The notes beneath the pieces were generated by a model. The model was not told the DNA's origin and searched no databases. It saw only the letters and a list, made by a program, of their open reading frames with translations. A program made the position numbers and the translations under genes. Below are positions 27,938-41,699 of a DNA stretch of 64,000 bases, in pieces (within the stretch, counting starts at the first letter, position 1; the number at the start of each line of letters is the position of its first letter). The stretch is from the human T2T-CHM13v2.0 reference genome, Homo sapiens, in the NCBI RefSeq assembly GCF_009914755.1, contig NC_060933.1; one strand, given 5' to 3'.

Positions 27938-27966
<29 letters not shown>
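27938..27966 (+). repeat. Poly(A) tract (~29 nt)
   Basis: Seen directly. Confidence 0.95.
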
Positions 27967-27968
<2 letters not shown>

Positions 27969-30900
27969 CTGGATAGCAACTAGCAGCAAAGCCACATGAA
28001 GAGAAAGGAATATGGCCCCAGAGGCCACCCAATTAGTGACACCATTGGCGAACTGTAGACTGCTGAGATTTCCAATGTTCTTCTAAAGCTCTGCCTTTCT
28101 TTATGTTGCACAGACCATCAAACACGGCAATCTGTTGTTTTTGTTCCTGAGGTAAAGACAGTTTGCTTCAGGCTTTGAGTTTTGTTCTGTTTTGTTTATC
28201 AAATAAAAGCCTCCAAGAATTTACTTCAAGGTCAAAACAAAAAGTCAAGTTACTCTTTGAATAGCTTCTTGCTATTTGAATGAGAAAGAAGAACAAATAA
28301 AAAATGTATGAGTTAAGCACAAAGCCTTCAAAAGGTCTAACTCCTTCGAAGATGAAGAGTTGAAGATGAAGACACAATAGCTTGGAGAGGTTAACCACCC
28401 ACCCAAAGTCACAGGACTCTCTGGTGGCACAGCAGGAAGCCTGTCCACACTCACCAGCAGAACATCAGCTCTGTGAGGGCAGAGATCTCATCCTTCACGG
28501 TCACTGCTCTATTCTCAGCACAGACCAGAGCCTGCAAACAACGTACTCTACAGATGTTTCCACAACTCCACAAGACCTCCACCTTTCCAAGCTCTCAAAA
28601 GGCACAGAGCAATAAAACGTATTTTCCCAAGCTCAGAGGAACCATCTGAATTTAACGGTTGGTTACAAACACTTTGGCGAGAGTCACAGGAGGATGTGCT
28701 CTGGAGTGAATTCTTCAGTCAGGGCCTACGGGTTCTGCAGGTACAGAAATGGCAGTCTACAGAGAAGGAGGCAAACACAGATCTGATCAGTGCGGAGCAG
28801 GTCACAAGTCACACCAGTCACAAAGCTGCCTCCTTGACATTCAGAGCTTAAAGATCTAATTGTCATTCTTCCTGAAACTTGACCTAATTATTTCTCCTAT
28901 AAAACTGTGCTGTTTCTTTACAAAAAAAAAGTAATAGCACATTGCTGTTGGTCAAACTAGAACATTTTGAATCCAGAGTGGATTTTTTTTTGTTATGTTT
29001 CATTTTATGGTCTCTCTCTGTGTGTGTATGTGTGTGTTCTTGAGCAAAACACTTGAGAAACTGTCAGTTTTCCACATTTTGCCCCTTGAGATGCTTTACC
29101 ACATTGGGTTTTCAAGGCTCAGAAGATTCCATTTGTTAAAAGGAAGATATTGGTCCAAATAATGGTCTCCCAAGTCTTCCCACAGCAGCTACAAATGAGC
29201 CTTCCTGGGATTTAACAAGGATCTGGCTAATGTTGATATCTAGAGCTTTTAAAAAATCATGATTATGGTACTTGATTTTTAAAATTGTATTTTCCTCTTT
29301 TCCTTGTCCAGTGGGTAAGGGGAGAATGAAAGAAGGCAATGCCTTTTTCATCTTTCTCCTTTCCATTACTTCTGCATCCTGAACCAAGAATGAACAGTGC
29401 AACTGGGGCTCCTTGCTTCTCAGCATATGGAGTTGTCATTCTTGACATCAATAGAGTTGGCAAGAGCCTCTATTTTCTCTTTCCTGGGCTATTCTGAGAA
29501 ATGTAGCTACAGATGTCGAGTCTGACTAAGCAGAATCTGGCCTCAGATTACTCTAAATTCCAGGTGCATTTAAATCAAGGGTGCCTCCGTCCATCCCTGT
29601 TCCTGATCCTATTTTTCTATGTCCCTCAGTATCACTGGCAAGCCCCTTTACTGAACTCTTTCCATATGCCAAGTTCAGGGCCTGACCATGGGAGTTCCAA
29701 GATGATCAACAGAGTAAGTTCTCAGGAGCTTGCACTCTTGAGATGCACAAAAGCTTAAAATATATCATTACACTGTAGAGAATTTGTGACATCAAACCTC
29801 CTCAGAAGGCTTGCAGGACCTTCCTACAGAAGGTTCAACTTGAAATGTGAAGCAAATATGTTGCTCTGCTGCATGTTCAAAGCCCCGCAGAGGAAACGAG
29901 GAATGATGGTGTTATCACTTTCAATGGCAGGCTTCTGTGATCAGGTCCAAAATAAAATGCACAAAGGCTTCTGTTTTCCGTGGATCAACCACAGCAAGCT
30001 GGCTCAAGTTCAACAACAGCCAACTTCCAGCTTCATTGGAGGGATGTAAAGGAGCCCTACCAATGGTCTGGCTTTCAGAACAGGACTCCTCTTCCTTTCT
30101 TAGAACATTTCTTTTGCAGGTAAAATTGGGTTGAATGAACATCGATGGCAGTGACGGAGGAAGGAAGGAAGTCTATATTCTGAAAAGGGTAAGGAGGCAA
30201 AGGAAACTCTCTTCCTCCTTTGCCAACATGATGGGGAGAATGGTGAAGGATTGATAGGATGATCATGCGCAATTAATACTAGGCCCTGTTTAGTTCCACA
30301 CATCAGCTATGTCTGTCCCTATTGTAGGCATCATCCAGCCCCCATTTGGCCGTGATTATATGCAGCCTAGATATGATTCATCCTAGCGTATAAGAATGGC
30401 ACCAAATGGGGTTTGCAATAGCAGGGTGTCCTGCAAAGTAGAATTTCTAATTTATCTCTAAAAGCCCTTCCAGCTCACAGAGCCTACATTTAAGGACCAA
30501 CCTTGAAGACATGGGAATCAAACAGTCCTCTTGGGGATTTTATTCTTATTTCACTGTCATAATGTAAACTCTCTGTGGATGCAGCTTCAAATACAAGACT
30601 CCTTTTTAAGCTACTAGTTTTAACAGTGGCTGAGATGGGCACCATCTGCTCACAGGGTTTCCTTTAAGTTGTTAAAATCTTCCTTTTCCCATTTAGAATT
30701 GAAAGTTTCAAATGGAATACCTCTGGGAGAGGTAACAAATGAAATGAAATTCAACCTAAGATTCAAATGCCAGCTTTGCAGGAGACTTTCTACGAAGCCA
30801 GACTTTGGGAAGAAAGTAAAGGTTGAAGAGAGAAGAGAGAAAAAAGCAAAGGGAAGAAAACAGAGATGAGGTGAGAGACGGGATATGAAAGAAAGGAGAA

Positions 30901-31411
30901 AAGAGAGACAAATTCAGACACACATGCACGTGTGCATATATATACAGAGTGACACACACACACCCCACCACGCACACACAAACTATGACGTCAAATGGGC
31001 ACTTAGTAAAAAGTGGAATCAATCTATAAGGAAAAGAGAAAATATTAATGGATAGGGAAAAGAGTTGGCAAAAGCAGCCGACTAATTGCCCAAATAAGAT
31101 CATCTTTGGGTAATAGAAAAAGCTGCTCCTCTTCAAGACACTTTTTTTTTTTTTTTTTTTTTGCCATCTGCCAGGAAAAAAAGCCACAATAATCGTCTAA
31201 ATTTATGATGACTAAGAATGTGAATCGTGCCCCCTAGAATTATCTAGTGCATTATCTGCATGGCCTTACATACTGGCCATGCATCTCCCACCACAACTAG
31301 GCTCCTAAATTTCATCTCATTCAAGACCACAATTCTAGAACACCTGGATGTGCAGCTTCATGAAGCGTCAACAATGCCCTAAGGAACCAGAAGTAGAGAG
31401 AATACTAATTC

Positions 31412-31592
31412 CAGGGCTGGCTTCATGGGCATCAAAGGCCATGCAGTCCCATCGGCCCCTACCCTTAGAAGGCCTCCACACTATGTTTAATACTCTGCCA
31501 TTATCATTTTAAAATTCTTAATCATTTCTGAACAAGGGGCCCCACATTTTCATTTTGCACTGGGTCCTGACAATTATGAAACTCGTTCTCCT
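31412..31592 (+). mobile_element. MER91A hAT-Tip100 MITE
   Basis: cagggctggcttcatgggc...aaattcttaatcatttctgaacaaggggccccacattttcattttgcactggg matches remembered consensus. Confidence 0.85.
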
Positions 31593-32946
31593 TTATTTAG
31601 GACTAAATTCTCCCTGGGTGGATCCATCCCTAATAAAGATATCATAACATTTTTATGCTAAAGAGCTTGATAGGAAAGCACAAAAACAGGTAACAATGCA
31701 CAATTTTTAAATGGATAATCACAGAAAAATTAAAAGCAGTACTTTTTTCATTTCCTGGAAAAAGCTTGAGTTCAGCAGGCATTTGAGGTCTGTTTCAGAA
31801 TCATTATTTGTCCTTGAAAAAAAAGCACAATGTAAAGTCACATTTTGTGTGAACCAGTTTACTCCTCTTCAAATGAAAAAAAATTGAAGAAGAAATAAAA
31901 AAGAAAGAAAGGTCAGATCGACTTCCTAGAGAACAGAAGAATGCAGCTAGGAAAAAAAATAGTTTACTCAACTTTTTCAATGGTACCAAAAGGAACCTTT
32001 GACACTTCTTGGCAAAGACATGATAATACTTTTAATGCTATAAGAGAAAAAGGATCGTCACTGAGAAAACTTCAGAAAAGAGGTCTTGATGATGGGCTTA
32101 TGCAAGATGTACACGGCCTCGCTATGAACCTTGATCTTTTTCACATGTAAAAAAACAAAAAGCCCAAACTGTAAAGAAAATATAATATTCTAAAAATATG
32201 TATAGGTGTTTATCTTTATTCTGGGTTTTAGAACTCAAACATTTTCTTCCAGCACACCTGGTCTTTTGAATGAGTGACCTCTCCAAACAAAGCTAAGGAC
32301 AAAAGACAAAGAGAACATCCCCTGATGCATGGATTGTACCAAATCACAAATGTACCTATATCACAAGACTTGTTTCTAGAGAAAAGGAAAAGGAAGTAAA
32401 TCCAGGATTTAGCTATGAGCCTAGCTTCTTGGGTCACTGATTGCTCCAGCCAGTGACTGCAGGCCTTGTATTTTTCCTTGTTTTTTTTTGGCTTTGCTTT
32501 TTATTTGTTTGCCTATAATTAACAACTATGAACCACACATACACAATAAGGCATAAAAAAAAGCATGGCAGAGAGTAAGCAGATACTGCTCTGGGTTCAG
32601 AAATCACAGCTCTATTCAACAGTGTTTTTCTTTGCCTACTGATTTCTTTGACTTTCCAGACTCCCGAGACATATTTCCTTTCCCCTATTTAAAAAAAAAA
32701 ACAGTTCCCATCTCTTTGCTCAAATTTCCCATCTATTCCTGCATGTTATCTATTTTTTCCAATAAGTCCTGGAATGTACTTAGCATAATAATTTTAAACC
32801 CTGCCTAATAATTCCAAAATTGGGCCATCTCTGTGTCTACTTCTATTGACTATTTCCTCTCTTGGCCAAGAGCGACATTTGCTTGCTCCTTCTTATGTCT
32901 TATAACTGACTTTGTGCCAAATATTTTGTGTAAAAGAACCATAGAG

Positions 32947-33281
<335 letters not shown>

Positions 33282-34043
33282 CTAGTTGACGAAGGGGACC
33301 CTGAGTCATCTAATCTATAGTTGATCTAGGTCTGAGTGTTACTGCAGCTTTAATTAGATTCAAATCACCACTGGCTTAAATATTTTGAGGGTGGGATCAG
33401 GCCTTGACCTTTTGGCAAGTCTTGAGATCTGAGCACAGACGAGATTTCAGACATTTTTTCTCTATGCTTTATGCTAAGCTGTCAGTTTTCCAAACTAGGG
33501 AATATTTCTCTCAGCTTTAAAGCACAGGAGGCTGCTTTTTAAGTCATTAAAATATTCTCTTTGTTCTCCACTACACTCCTGGTTTTTGGCACCTCTGGAG
33601 ATCTCTGCACTGCTGCTCTGCTTTCATCCTTCAGACAGTGACTACAGAAAACTGCCAGAGTGCCATGATGGGATTTCTCTCAGCTCTCCTGCCCTGTTCT
33701 CAGCCTGTAACAGGCCATTGCCTTGCTTTGTGGAAAAACCACAAATACCTTAGAGAGAAGTACTATTGGCTTTTCTAGCCTATTCTTGGCCTTCTGCCTA
33801 CCATCCTTCTGCACTTGAACATCCATGGGAATAACCTGGAGACTGGTGCAGGGATTGCTTTGTGGTTGGAGATCCTTATTATTCTAAACAGCCAACATGT
33901 GGCCATTCCAAATTAGTTAAGTTGGGCTACTTTCTTCTCACTCTGACAATGATAGATTCCTCCTCTTGCCAGCACTTTGCCAGGGATGAAAGCAGGCCTC
34001 AGCTTGTTCTCTCCTGAAAGGGCTTGTCACTTACTCAGCTTTA

Positions 34044-34045
<2 letters not shown>

Positions 34046-34136
<91 letters not shown>
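34046..34136. repeat. Compound microsatellite (TG)17(AG)~28
   Basis: Seen directly. Confidence 0.98.
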
Positions 34137-34137
<1 letters not shown>

Positions 34138-34678
34138 TGGCTCTCCTACTAGCTCAAAAAATAAAAAATCTATGATTTTGTTTTTTACTCTCATTTTTAA
34201 GGCAGGTGTGAAGGTTCCTTGCAACTTTCTACACATGTTGAATCAGAACCTTACCCCTACTTTTAAGGCATGTTGAATTCCGAATGCATCCTTCCTCCTG
34301 GAACCCAAGGTTCCTGGCCAACCTGGTCAACTCATGTGAGCCCATTTGGTAGCCCTGGTAGCGCATATCAAGCATTTTACTGAAAGATGTCTCAGGCAAG
34401 CTCTGAGTTTGGACATCCTAGCCTACCCTGAAACTCTCAGTGGAATTCCCATATCTCACTTCATACTACTCTCAGTTCTTCAAGACTAACTGCCTATTTA
34501 ATGGACTAAACCTCCCATTTCTGTCTTTACTTCAACTTTCCATTCAACAAACATTGTCTTTTGAACCTCAAATCTGGTTCCTGATTCTCCTTCTAGCCAG
34601 CCTGCTTCTCGTCACCTTCAGTGGTCATCCCTTTCAACTGAACCTAACTTTACTTCTTCCCAGCTCACTAATAGGTGG

Positions 34679-35075
34679 TGTTATGATTTAATATTTGCCC
34701 CCGTGTTGAAACTTAATCCCCAGTGTGGCAGTATCTTAAGAGGTAGAGCCTTAAGAGGTGACTGGGTCATGACAGCTCTGCCCTCATGAATGATGGGTTA
34801 ATGTATTAATGGGTGATTATGAGAGTATAACTTGTGGCTTTATGAGAAGAGAAGAGAGACCTGAGTTAGTTCGTTCAGACCCCTTGCCAGGTGATACCCT
34901 GTGTGCCTCAGAACTCTTGAGGAAGTCCCCACCAACAAGAAGGCCTTCACTGGATGCAACCTCTCAACCTTGAATTCCTCAGCTTCCACAACTGTAAGAT
35001 AGAAGTTCCTTTTCTTGTTAAATTATCCAGTTTTGGGGATTATTTTAATAAGCAACAGAAAAATGGACTAAGACA
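34679..35075 (+). mobile_element. MST (C/D-like) MaLR solo LTR
   Basis: tgttatg...aacttaatccccagtgtggcagta...gtccccaccaacaagaaggcc...atggactaagaca. Confidence 0.88.
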
Positions 35076-35321
35076 TGTGACATATTAATTTATTCTTCTC
35101 TGTAGTTCATCCAGCCTCTGCCCAGGAATCAAAATTCTCAACTCTGCTCACAGGTACCATTTGAATGTGCCACCACTCCCACTTTGCCCATGGATTTTCT
35201 AGACTCAGAGCCTGCCTGCTAGTTCCTACTTTCTGGCCTATCTCTTGCATGCTTCCAATACCCCGTTCTTCTGGTTCAGTTACACTTCTGCATCATCTGC
35301 TTCATAATGGCTACTGATCCA

Positions 35322-35734
35322 TTTTTTTTTTTACTATTACACTTTAAGTTCTAGGGTACATGTGCACAACGTGCAGGTTTGTTACATATGTATACATGTG
35401 CCATGTTGGTGTGCTGCACCCATTAACTCGTCATTTACATTAGGTATATCTCCTAATGCTCTCCCTCCCCCCTCCCCCCACCCCATGACAGGCCCCGGTG
35501 TGTGATGTTCCCTTTCCTGTGTCCAAGTGTTCTAACTGTTCAATTCCCACCTATGAGTGAGAACATGCGGTGTTTGGTTTTTTGTCCTTGCCAGAGTTTG
35601 CTGAGAATGATGGTTTCCAGCTTCATCCATGTTCCTACAAAACATGAACTCATCCTTTTTTATGGCTGCATAGTATTCCATGGTGTATATGTGCCACATT
35701 TTCTTAATCCAGTCTATCATGGATGGACATTTGG
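35322..35734 (-). mobile_element. Short 5'-truncated L1PA 3' end
   Basis: Poly-T then actttaagttctagggtacatgtgcacaacgtgcagg; minus ORF MIDWIKKMWHIYTMEYYAAIKKDEFM is L1 ORF2. Confidence 0.97.
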
Positions 35735-36714
35735 ATCAACTGTTAACATTACATCACAACATAAGAAGAGAATAAAAAGGAGGACTTTCCATTCTAGACT
35801 TGGAACCTCATATAAATAGCCATAAAATGGTTTAATTGGACACTTATAAAGACTGAACTACAAAGGATATATATTAACACAGTTTAGTGTAAAAATGAGA
35901 TGTTGATACTTTTTTAGAGTCTCGGGTACAAATGAAAGTTCAGCAAAATATCTGAATTATCAAAAGCTTCATGATAGCCAACAACATGACGTCCTGAAAT
36001 GTTTCTAAAGAAAAAAAGCAGTATGATATTCTTTCTGCAAGCTTGTACTGCACATACTCCCTGAAGAATTATGCAAGAATGCCACAAGTGAGAAATGAGA
36101 ACTGTCAATGCACATGTTACCGTGCTCCTCCTGGTTTATCAGTGTTCAGGGTGTCCTGAGACAGCTTCCTCTGCCTAGGAGATCTGAGCTTCTTTAAGTC
36201 ACATGGCAAAAGGGAGCATAAAAAATGGGGAAGGTGGCAGGACTCCTCATCCTCCTTGTCCTCACTTCATTTACCCAAGATTTCAGGCTGTCCCAGCATC
36301 TTTCCTGGACACAATTTCATTACCACAATATGAAGACTGAATTACTTCCTTGCCAAATCACACTAAGTACATAGGTTGTGAAAGTTAATGTCTGTAAAGG
36401 ACTGTGCGTTCTTTGACGCAAAGGAGCTCAACAAATGCACAGTCATATTAAAATGATACATTACCCCTGTGCCTTAGCGACTAATTTAGGAGAGAAAGGC
36501 ATTTCATAATGAAAATCTTCATGATGTTGTATAAGGTGTTCCTTGAGGACCGACTGTCAGTTTCCCATATTGAAAATACTGGTGGGATTGGGAGAGAGGT
36601 GGAAAGAAAAGGAAAGAAGGGGTTCTAAACTCGTTTTGCTTCTGTACCCCAGTTGCTGCTACATATAAGGCTTAGCTTTAATCATACAAAATATCCAAGG
36701 CAGAGATAGAATGA

Positions 36715-37310
<596 letters not shown>

Positions 37311-37559
37311 TTAATATACAGATGGCAAACTGAGTTCCATATCTGCAAAAAAAAACAATGCACAAAGAAAAATGTACATCTGAGTCAGCACCACCTTATG
37401 TCTGCCTAGGGATTTGATTTGCACATTTCACAATATTCCAGAAGCAAAATGTATGAGATGTGTCCTTTCTTACTTATTACTCATATGTGTTTTTATTCCC
37501 CACTTAGTGAAATTTACCTTTTATAAAACATGTAATATGATGGATAACTCAATATGGAA

Positions 37560-38700
37560 GAGACTTTTTATGGGTATGTAACAAACCATACTGCAAAGGG
37601 GATGATATGCTTGGCCTGTCAGTTCAGGAAAGCATAACAAGATTGAAACCACATCCTACCACCAAGAGTGGCTTACCCTAGGAATGAATGATTATTAAAC
37701 ATCTGAAAAATCTATTCATGTAATTTAGCGCATTAACAGAATAAGAAAACCAACCAGGTGATTGTCTCAATAGAGCTTTTAAAGCCCTTGGTAAGAGCCA
37801 TGCAAGTTCATGATTTAAAAAAAAAAAAATGGTGTTGTATTAAAAGCATATTCACTAAAATCAGAAGTACTGCATATTTGCTATTAACTCACTACTAGAA
37901 CTCAATAATGTATAAAAGGTCCTAAATAAGACAAACAAGAAAACGAATGAGACAAATATTAGAAAGGATTACCTAGAACATCTTAGAAAATAAATTGAGA
38001 AAAATTAAGGCAGATGAGAGTTCAGTAGGTTGGTCAGACACAAAATCATCATAGAAAAATAACCTCTACACACTACCAACTAATTAAAAAGTGAAGGTAT
38101 AATGGGATCTCATCTCATTCAGTGTACGTGTGTGAGTTCCCAATATTCAATAATACACCTACTGAAAAAAGTGAAATCATAAGTAAAGAAGAACAGATCA
38201 CAAAATTTCCTGTTTAGCGAAACAGAAAAGGTCCTGTTCCAGATGTCAAATATATTTCAAAGACTTTTTTTTTCAACTCTGAAATGTAGAAGCTCAATAG
38301 TTGACAAGTAGACCACTGAAACAGAGGAAAGAATCAAGTAATAGAATAAGGCAACATTAAAATATAGTTTATGCTAAAGGTATCATATTGTCTTAATAGG
38401 AAAATGATAGACCGTATTTAATTATGCTGAGAAAACCTATTTACTGAGGAAAAAATCTAGATTCATACCTTGTATTATACAGTACATAAAAATAAATTCT
38501 ACAAGGAATAAAGATAGGTGAAGAAAAATTATAAAAGTATTAGAAAACACAGATTTTTTAAAAATATTAAGCTAAAGAAAACCTTCTTAAATAAGATAAA
38601 AATACACAAATCATAGAAGTTATTGATAGCTATGACTACCAAAAATTTAAAGCTTTTATACAACAAAGCACAGAAATGATACTTACATAAAATGCATGCA
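37560..38700 (+). mobile_element. Degenerate L1ME-type ORF2 fragments
   Basis: A-rich L1 ORF2-like motifs (cctaggaatgaatga, tgattgtctcaatag, gaccactgaaacagag, aaaataaattc). Confidence 0.6.
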
Positions 38701-38801
38701 TTAGTTCAAGATTTTCATTGTCTTATTTTCTATGGGGTTCTGCAATTTTTATTTCAGAAAATATACCTACTGGATTTATAATAATGGTTATGCAAGTTCA
38801 C

Positions 38802-39011
38802 ATCCCAAGGCCGAGGCAGGCAGATCACTTGAGGTCAGGAGTTTGAGACCAGACTGGCCAACATGGTGAAACCTTGTGTCTACTAAAAATATTATTAAAA
38901 AAATGCCTGGTGTTGTGGCGCACACCTGTAATCCCAGCTACTTGGAAGGCTGAGGCAGGAGAATCACCTGAAGCTGGGAGGTGGAGGTTGAAATGAGCTG
39001 AGACTGCGCCA
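38802..39011 (+). mobile_element. Internal AluS fragment lacking both ends
   Basis: aggccgaggcaggcagatcacttgaggtcaggag...gagactgcgcca; no A tail, no TSD. Confidence 0.93.
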
Positions 39012-40862
39012 GTCAGAGAGGAAACTACTTAAATCTTATTTCATTTCCATTTTCTCATATAGGGAAGTAGGCTTCAAACTGAAATTGAGGACTAATTCGG
39101 AAGGAACAAAATAGCAAGAGAGCATGTTAACTAGGTCCCAATGTCCTGATCCAGATGGGTCCTGAATCCCCAGGGAGCTGTAAGTATTTGTAGATGTGAC
39201 TGGAGCACCACCATTCATCCTCCAGGGGCAGGGCAAACAGGCTTGAAAATTAAAGCTGGCACTGTTACTAATTTTTTAGAAAAGGGAAAAAGTTGGATTC
39301 TAGAAACTACAAAAGGCCAATGACTTTAGTCCCATTCCCAGTCAAGAGTATAGAGCTGGCTATTTTTTCTTCTGTCGGCCTAGATTTCTGATTTTTCCCA
39401 GAACTCTCCCAGGCTGTGGAGTTTACACACCAGCCCTTCCTAGGGGCAAAAACACCTCTGGGATCCCCTTCTCAGGCTTTCCCTAACTCACAGCCACCCT
39501 CCACAGAGCCCTGCTGTGCTAGCAACACAGCCCAAGGCAGAAAAAGGAGCATTAGAGAAACCGAACAAAGGATGATTCAAGAGCAACTGGAAAGGGTTAT
39601 TTTTTAAGTACTATAATATTTGTTTTATTTTAACACACTGTATAAAGACCTTCACTTTTTATTTTACCTCTTTTGAGTCTTTTCATACTAACGCTGTAAA
39701 ACAGCCAAAGTGAGAAATTTTCTGTCATTATTCAAAATTTAATATCAAATTTGTTTGTTTTATACAAATTCCCAACTCTTCTGCCTTAATGTATTAAGTA
39801 ACACAAATGTCATGTTCTACCAATTAGCAAACAGGCTTATGAAAAACAGCACTGTTATGTATTAACTGTGTAAGTTTCCTTTGGGCCAGAAAAAAAATAA
39901 GTAGCAAGTTCCAAATGTTTCTAAATCCACAAAGCAGTGTTTTATTAATTAACTAAACTGACAAGCATAGAATGTTCCAAGTGAAGAGGTCTAAGATGCT
40001 AGTGTTTGGCTACACTTTTATGGATGTATAGATGACATCCATAAAAATTACATGGTTAAAGCATACAGTATATTTTAGCCCTGAGATGATATCACACAGT
40101 TCTAACTTTAATTAGAAAGGACAAAGGAAATACAGGCTAAGAAGACCGTAATTTTAAATATAAGATTAAAACAAGGATAGGAAAATAGATTTTTGGCACA
40201 TAAAAAATATGAGACTTCCTGGTGAAAAGGTGGTATAACCATAAATATATCGCTCTGCCTCCTTCCAACATCTCATTAAAATGACCCAAAGAATATAAAA
40301 AAAAAAAAAAAAAAGAAACAGGCGAAACTTAAATCCTTTAATGAATTTTAAGAAAAAAAAATCACATGTCAAGCCATTTCTATTTAATGCCTATTTCAAT
40401 TTCAAGACATTTCTATTTAATAAAAGAGCAAACAGCACTTGTTTGTAGGTAAGGCTAACCCTATCTGTAACACCCTGGCACAGAAGCGAAAGAGACTCCA
40501 GCAGATCATTAACACTCATTGCTGTGGGGCAGATGGGAGCCTATCTGACCTCACTAGGGTTTCCAGAAGCATCCAGGCAGGGAGGCACCGTGGGTGGGAA
40601 ATCCTCTGGAGTGCATATTCCTCTCTTATCTTTGATGCTGATAGGTACGCCTTCTGCAGAACACATGCATTTTTCCAGCCACCTCCTGGTTGTGAAACAA
40701 GAGTATAAAAGCAACTTACCAGCCCAGAGGAGAAGCTCCCTGCCACTGCTGCTGCAACCCCACTTCTCTCCCTACTACTCTAGGCTGCTGGATTTCTGAC
40801 CAGGTAATGTAAAACTGTACTAAAACTCCTCCTGCTTTCATCTGAGCCTTACAGAACCCATC

Positions 40863-41654
40863 TGCATCAGTTGTCAAATTATTGACTGTCAATTTCAATT
40901 CCACCCTTCTTTGTCCTGCTCTGCCGTACTACAGCTGGACCCTGTAACATTTCTCCTTTGCCAGCTGGAGAAATATTAGGCTTTGCCAATAAAGGAAGCT
41001 AGAGAGACACCGCAAGGTGAAGTGGAAGGAGTAATTCTCATCCTTGTTCTAGCGTGCTTGTCTGCTTGCTTTCATTGCACTGCTGCAGCAGCATGTGGGA
41101 CGCCCAGTGGCACTTACGCTGCAACAAGTTTCTCCAGTACCCCAGCGGGCATCTTTCCGTGGATCAGCCCCGGCTCACTGACACCCAGGCAGGGAGCTTC
41201 TTGTTCAACAGCTCTGGCCCACCAGCAACTCACAAACCTGTCCACCACACAGTGACATGCAGCCAGACCCTCCCCAATGGGATCTAATTCTCAATTTTGT
41301 TTGGACAGGAAGTTATCCTTCTTCCAAATTCCTAGTTCCTTCCTTCCACAGTCCCCTTCTGCCCTGGAGAAAAATCTGCTCCCTGAATTTGCCATTCATG
41401 TAGACTTAGAATCTTCTTTTATTTTTTTTAATACTTAACACCTTTGACTCGTTAATACTTTATATTAAAATTCTTTATATTACTTTAAAGTATAATAGAA
41501 AGTATAATACTTTATATTAAAGACTCACTATATTAAAATTCTTTAATATAAAGTATTATATTCTTTATAAAATTCTTAACAATACTTTATTTTAAAATTA
41601 TTCTCTCCAAATGACTGGTGAAGTTTGCCTCCTGATTGGAACCTGACTGATACA
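40863..41654 (+). mobile_element. LTR33-family (ERVL) solo LTR
   Basis: tgcatcagttgtcaaattattgac start and ctcctgattggaacctgactgataca end; flanks ccatc/ctgtc are compatible with a CpG-decayed 5-bp TSD (ccgtc). Confidence 0.85.
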
Positions 41655-41699
41655 CTGTCTTACCACTTAATTTTGCATAAGCAGAGAAGCTCCTTTATA

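Noticed and set aside
28300-28420. Protein-like stretch RSNSFEDEELKMK suggesting a pseudogene
   Set aside because: Flanked by stop codons and better explained as a degenerate MIR
30756-31187. 143-aa minus ORF (and 44665-45001, 33977-34276)
   Set aside because: Open only because of low-complexity GA/CA/TG tracts
31227-31240. CTAGGGGGCAC partial CTCF core (minus)
   Set aside because: The 5' CCA part of the motif is absent
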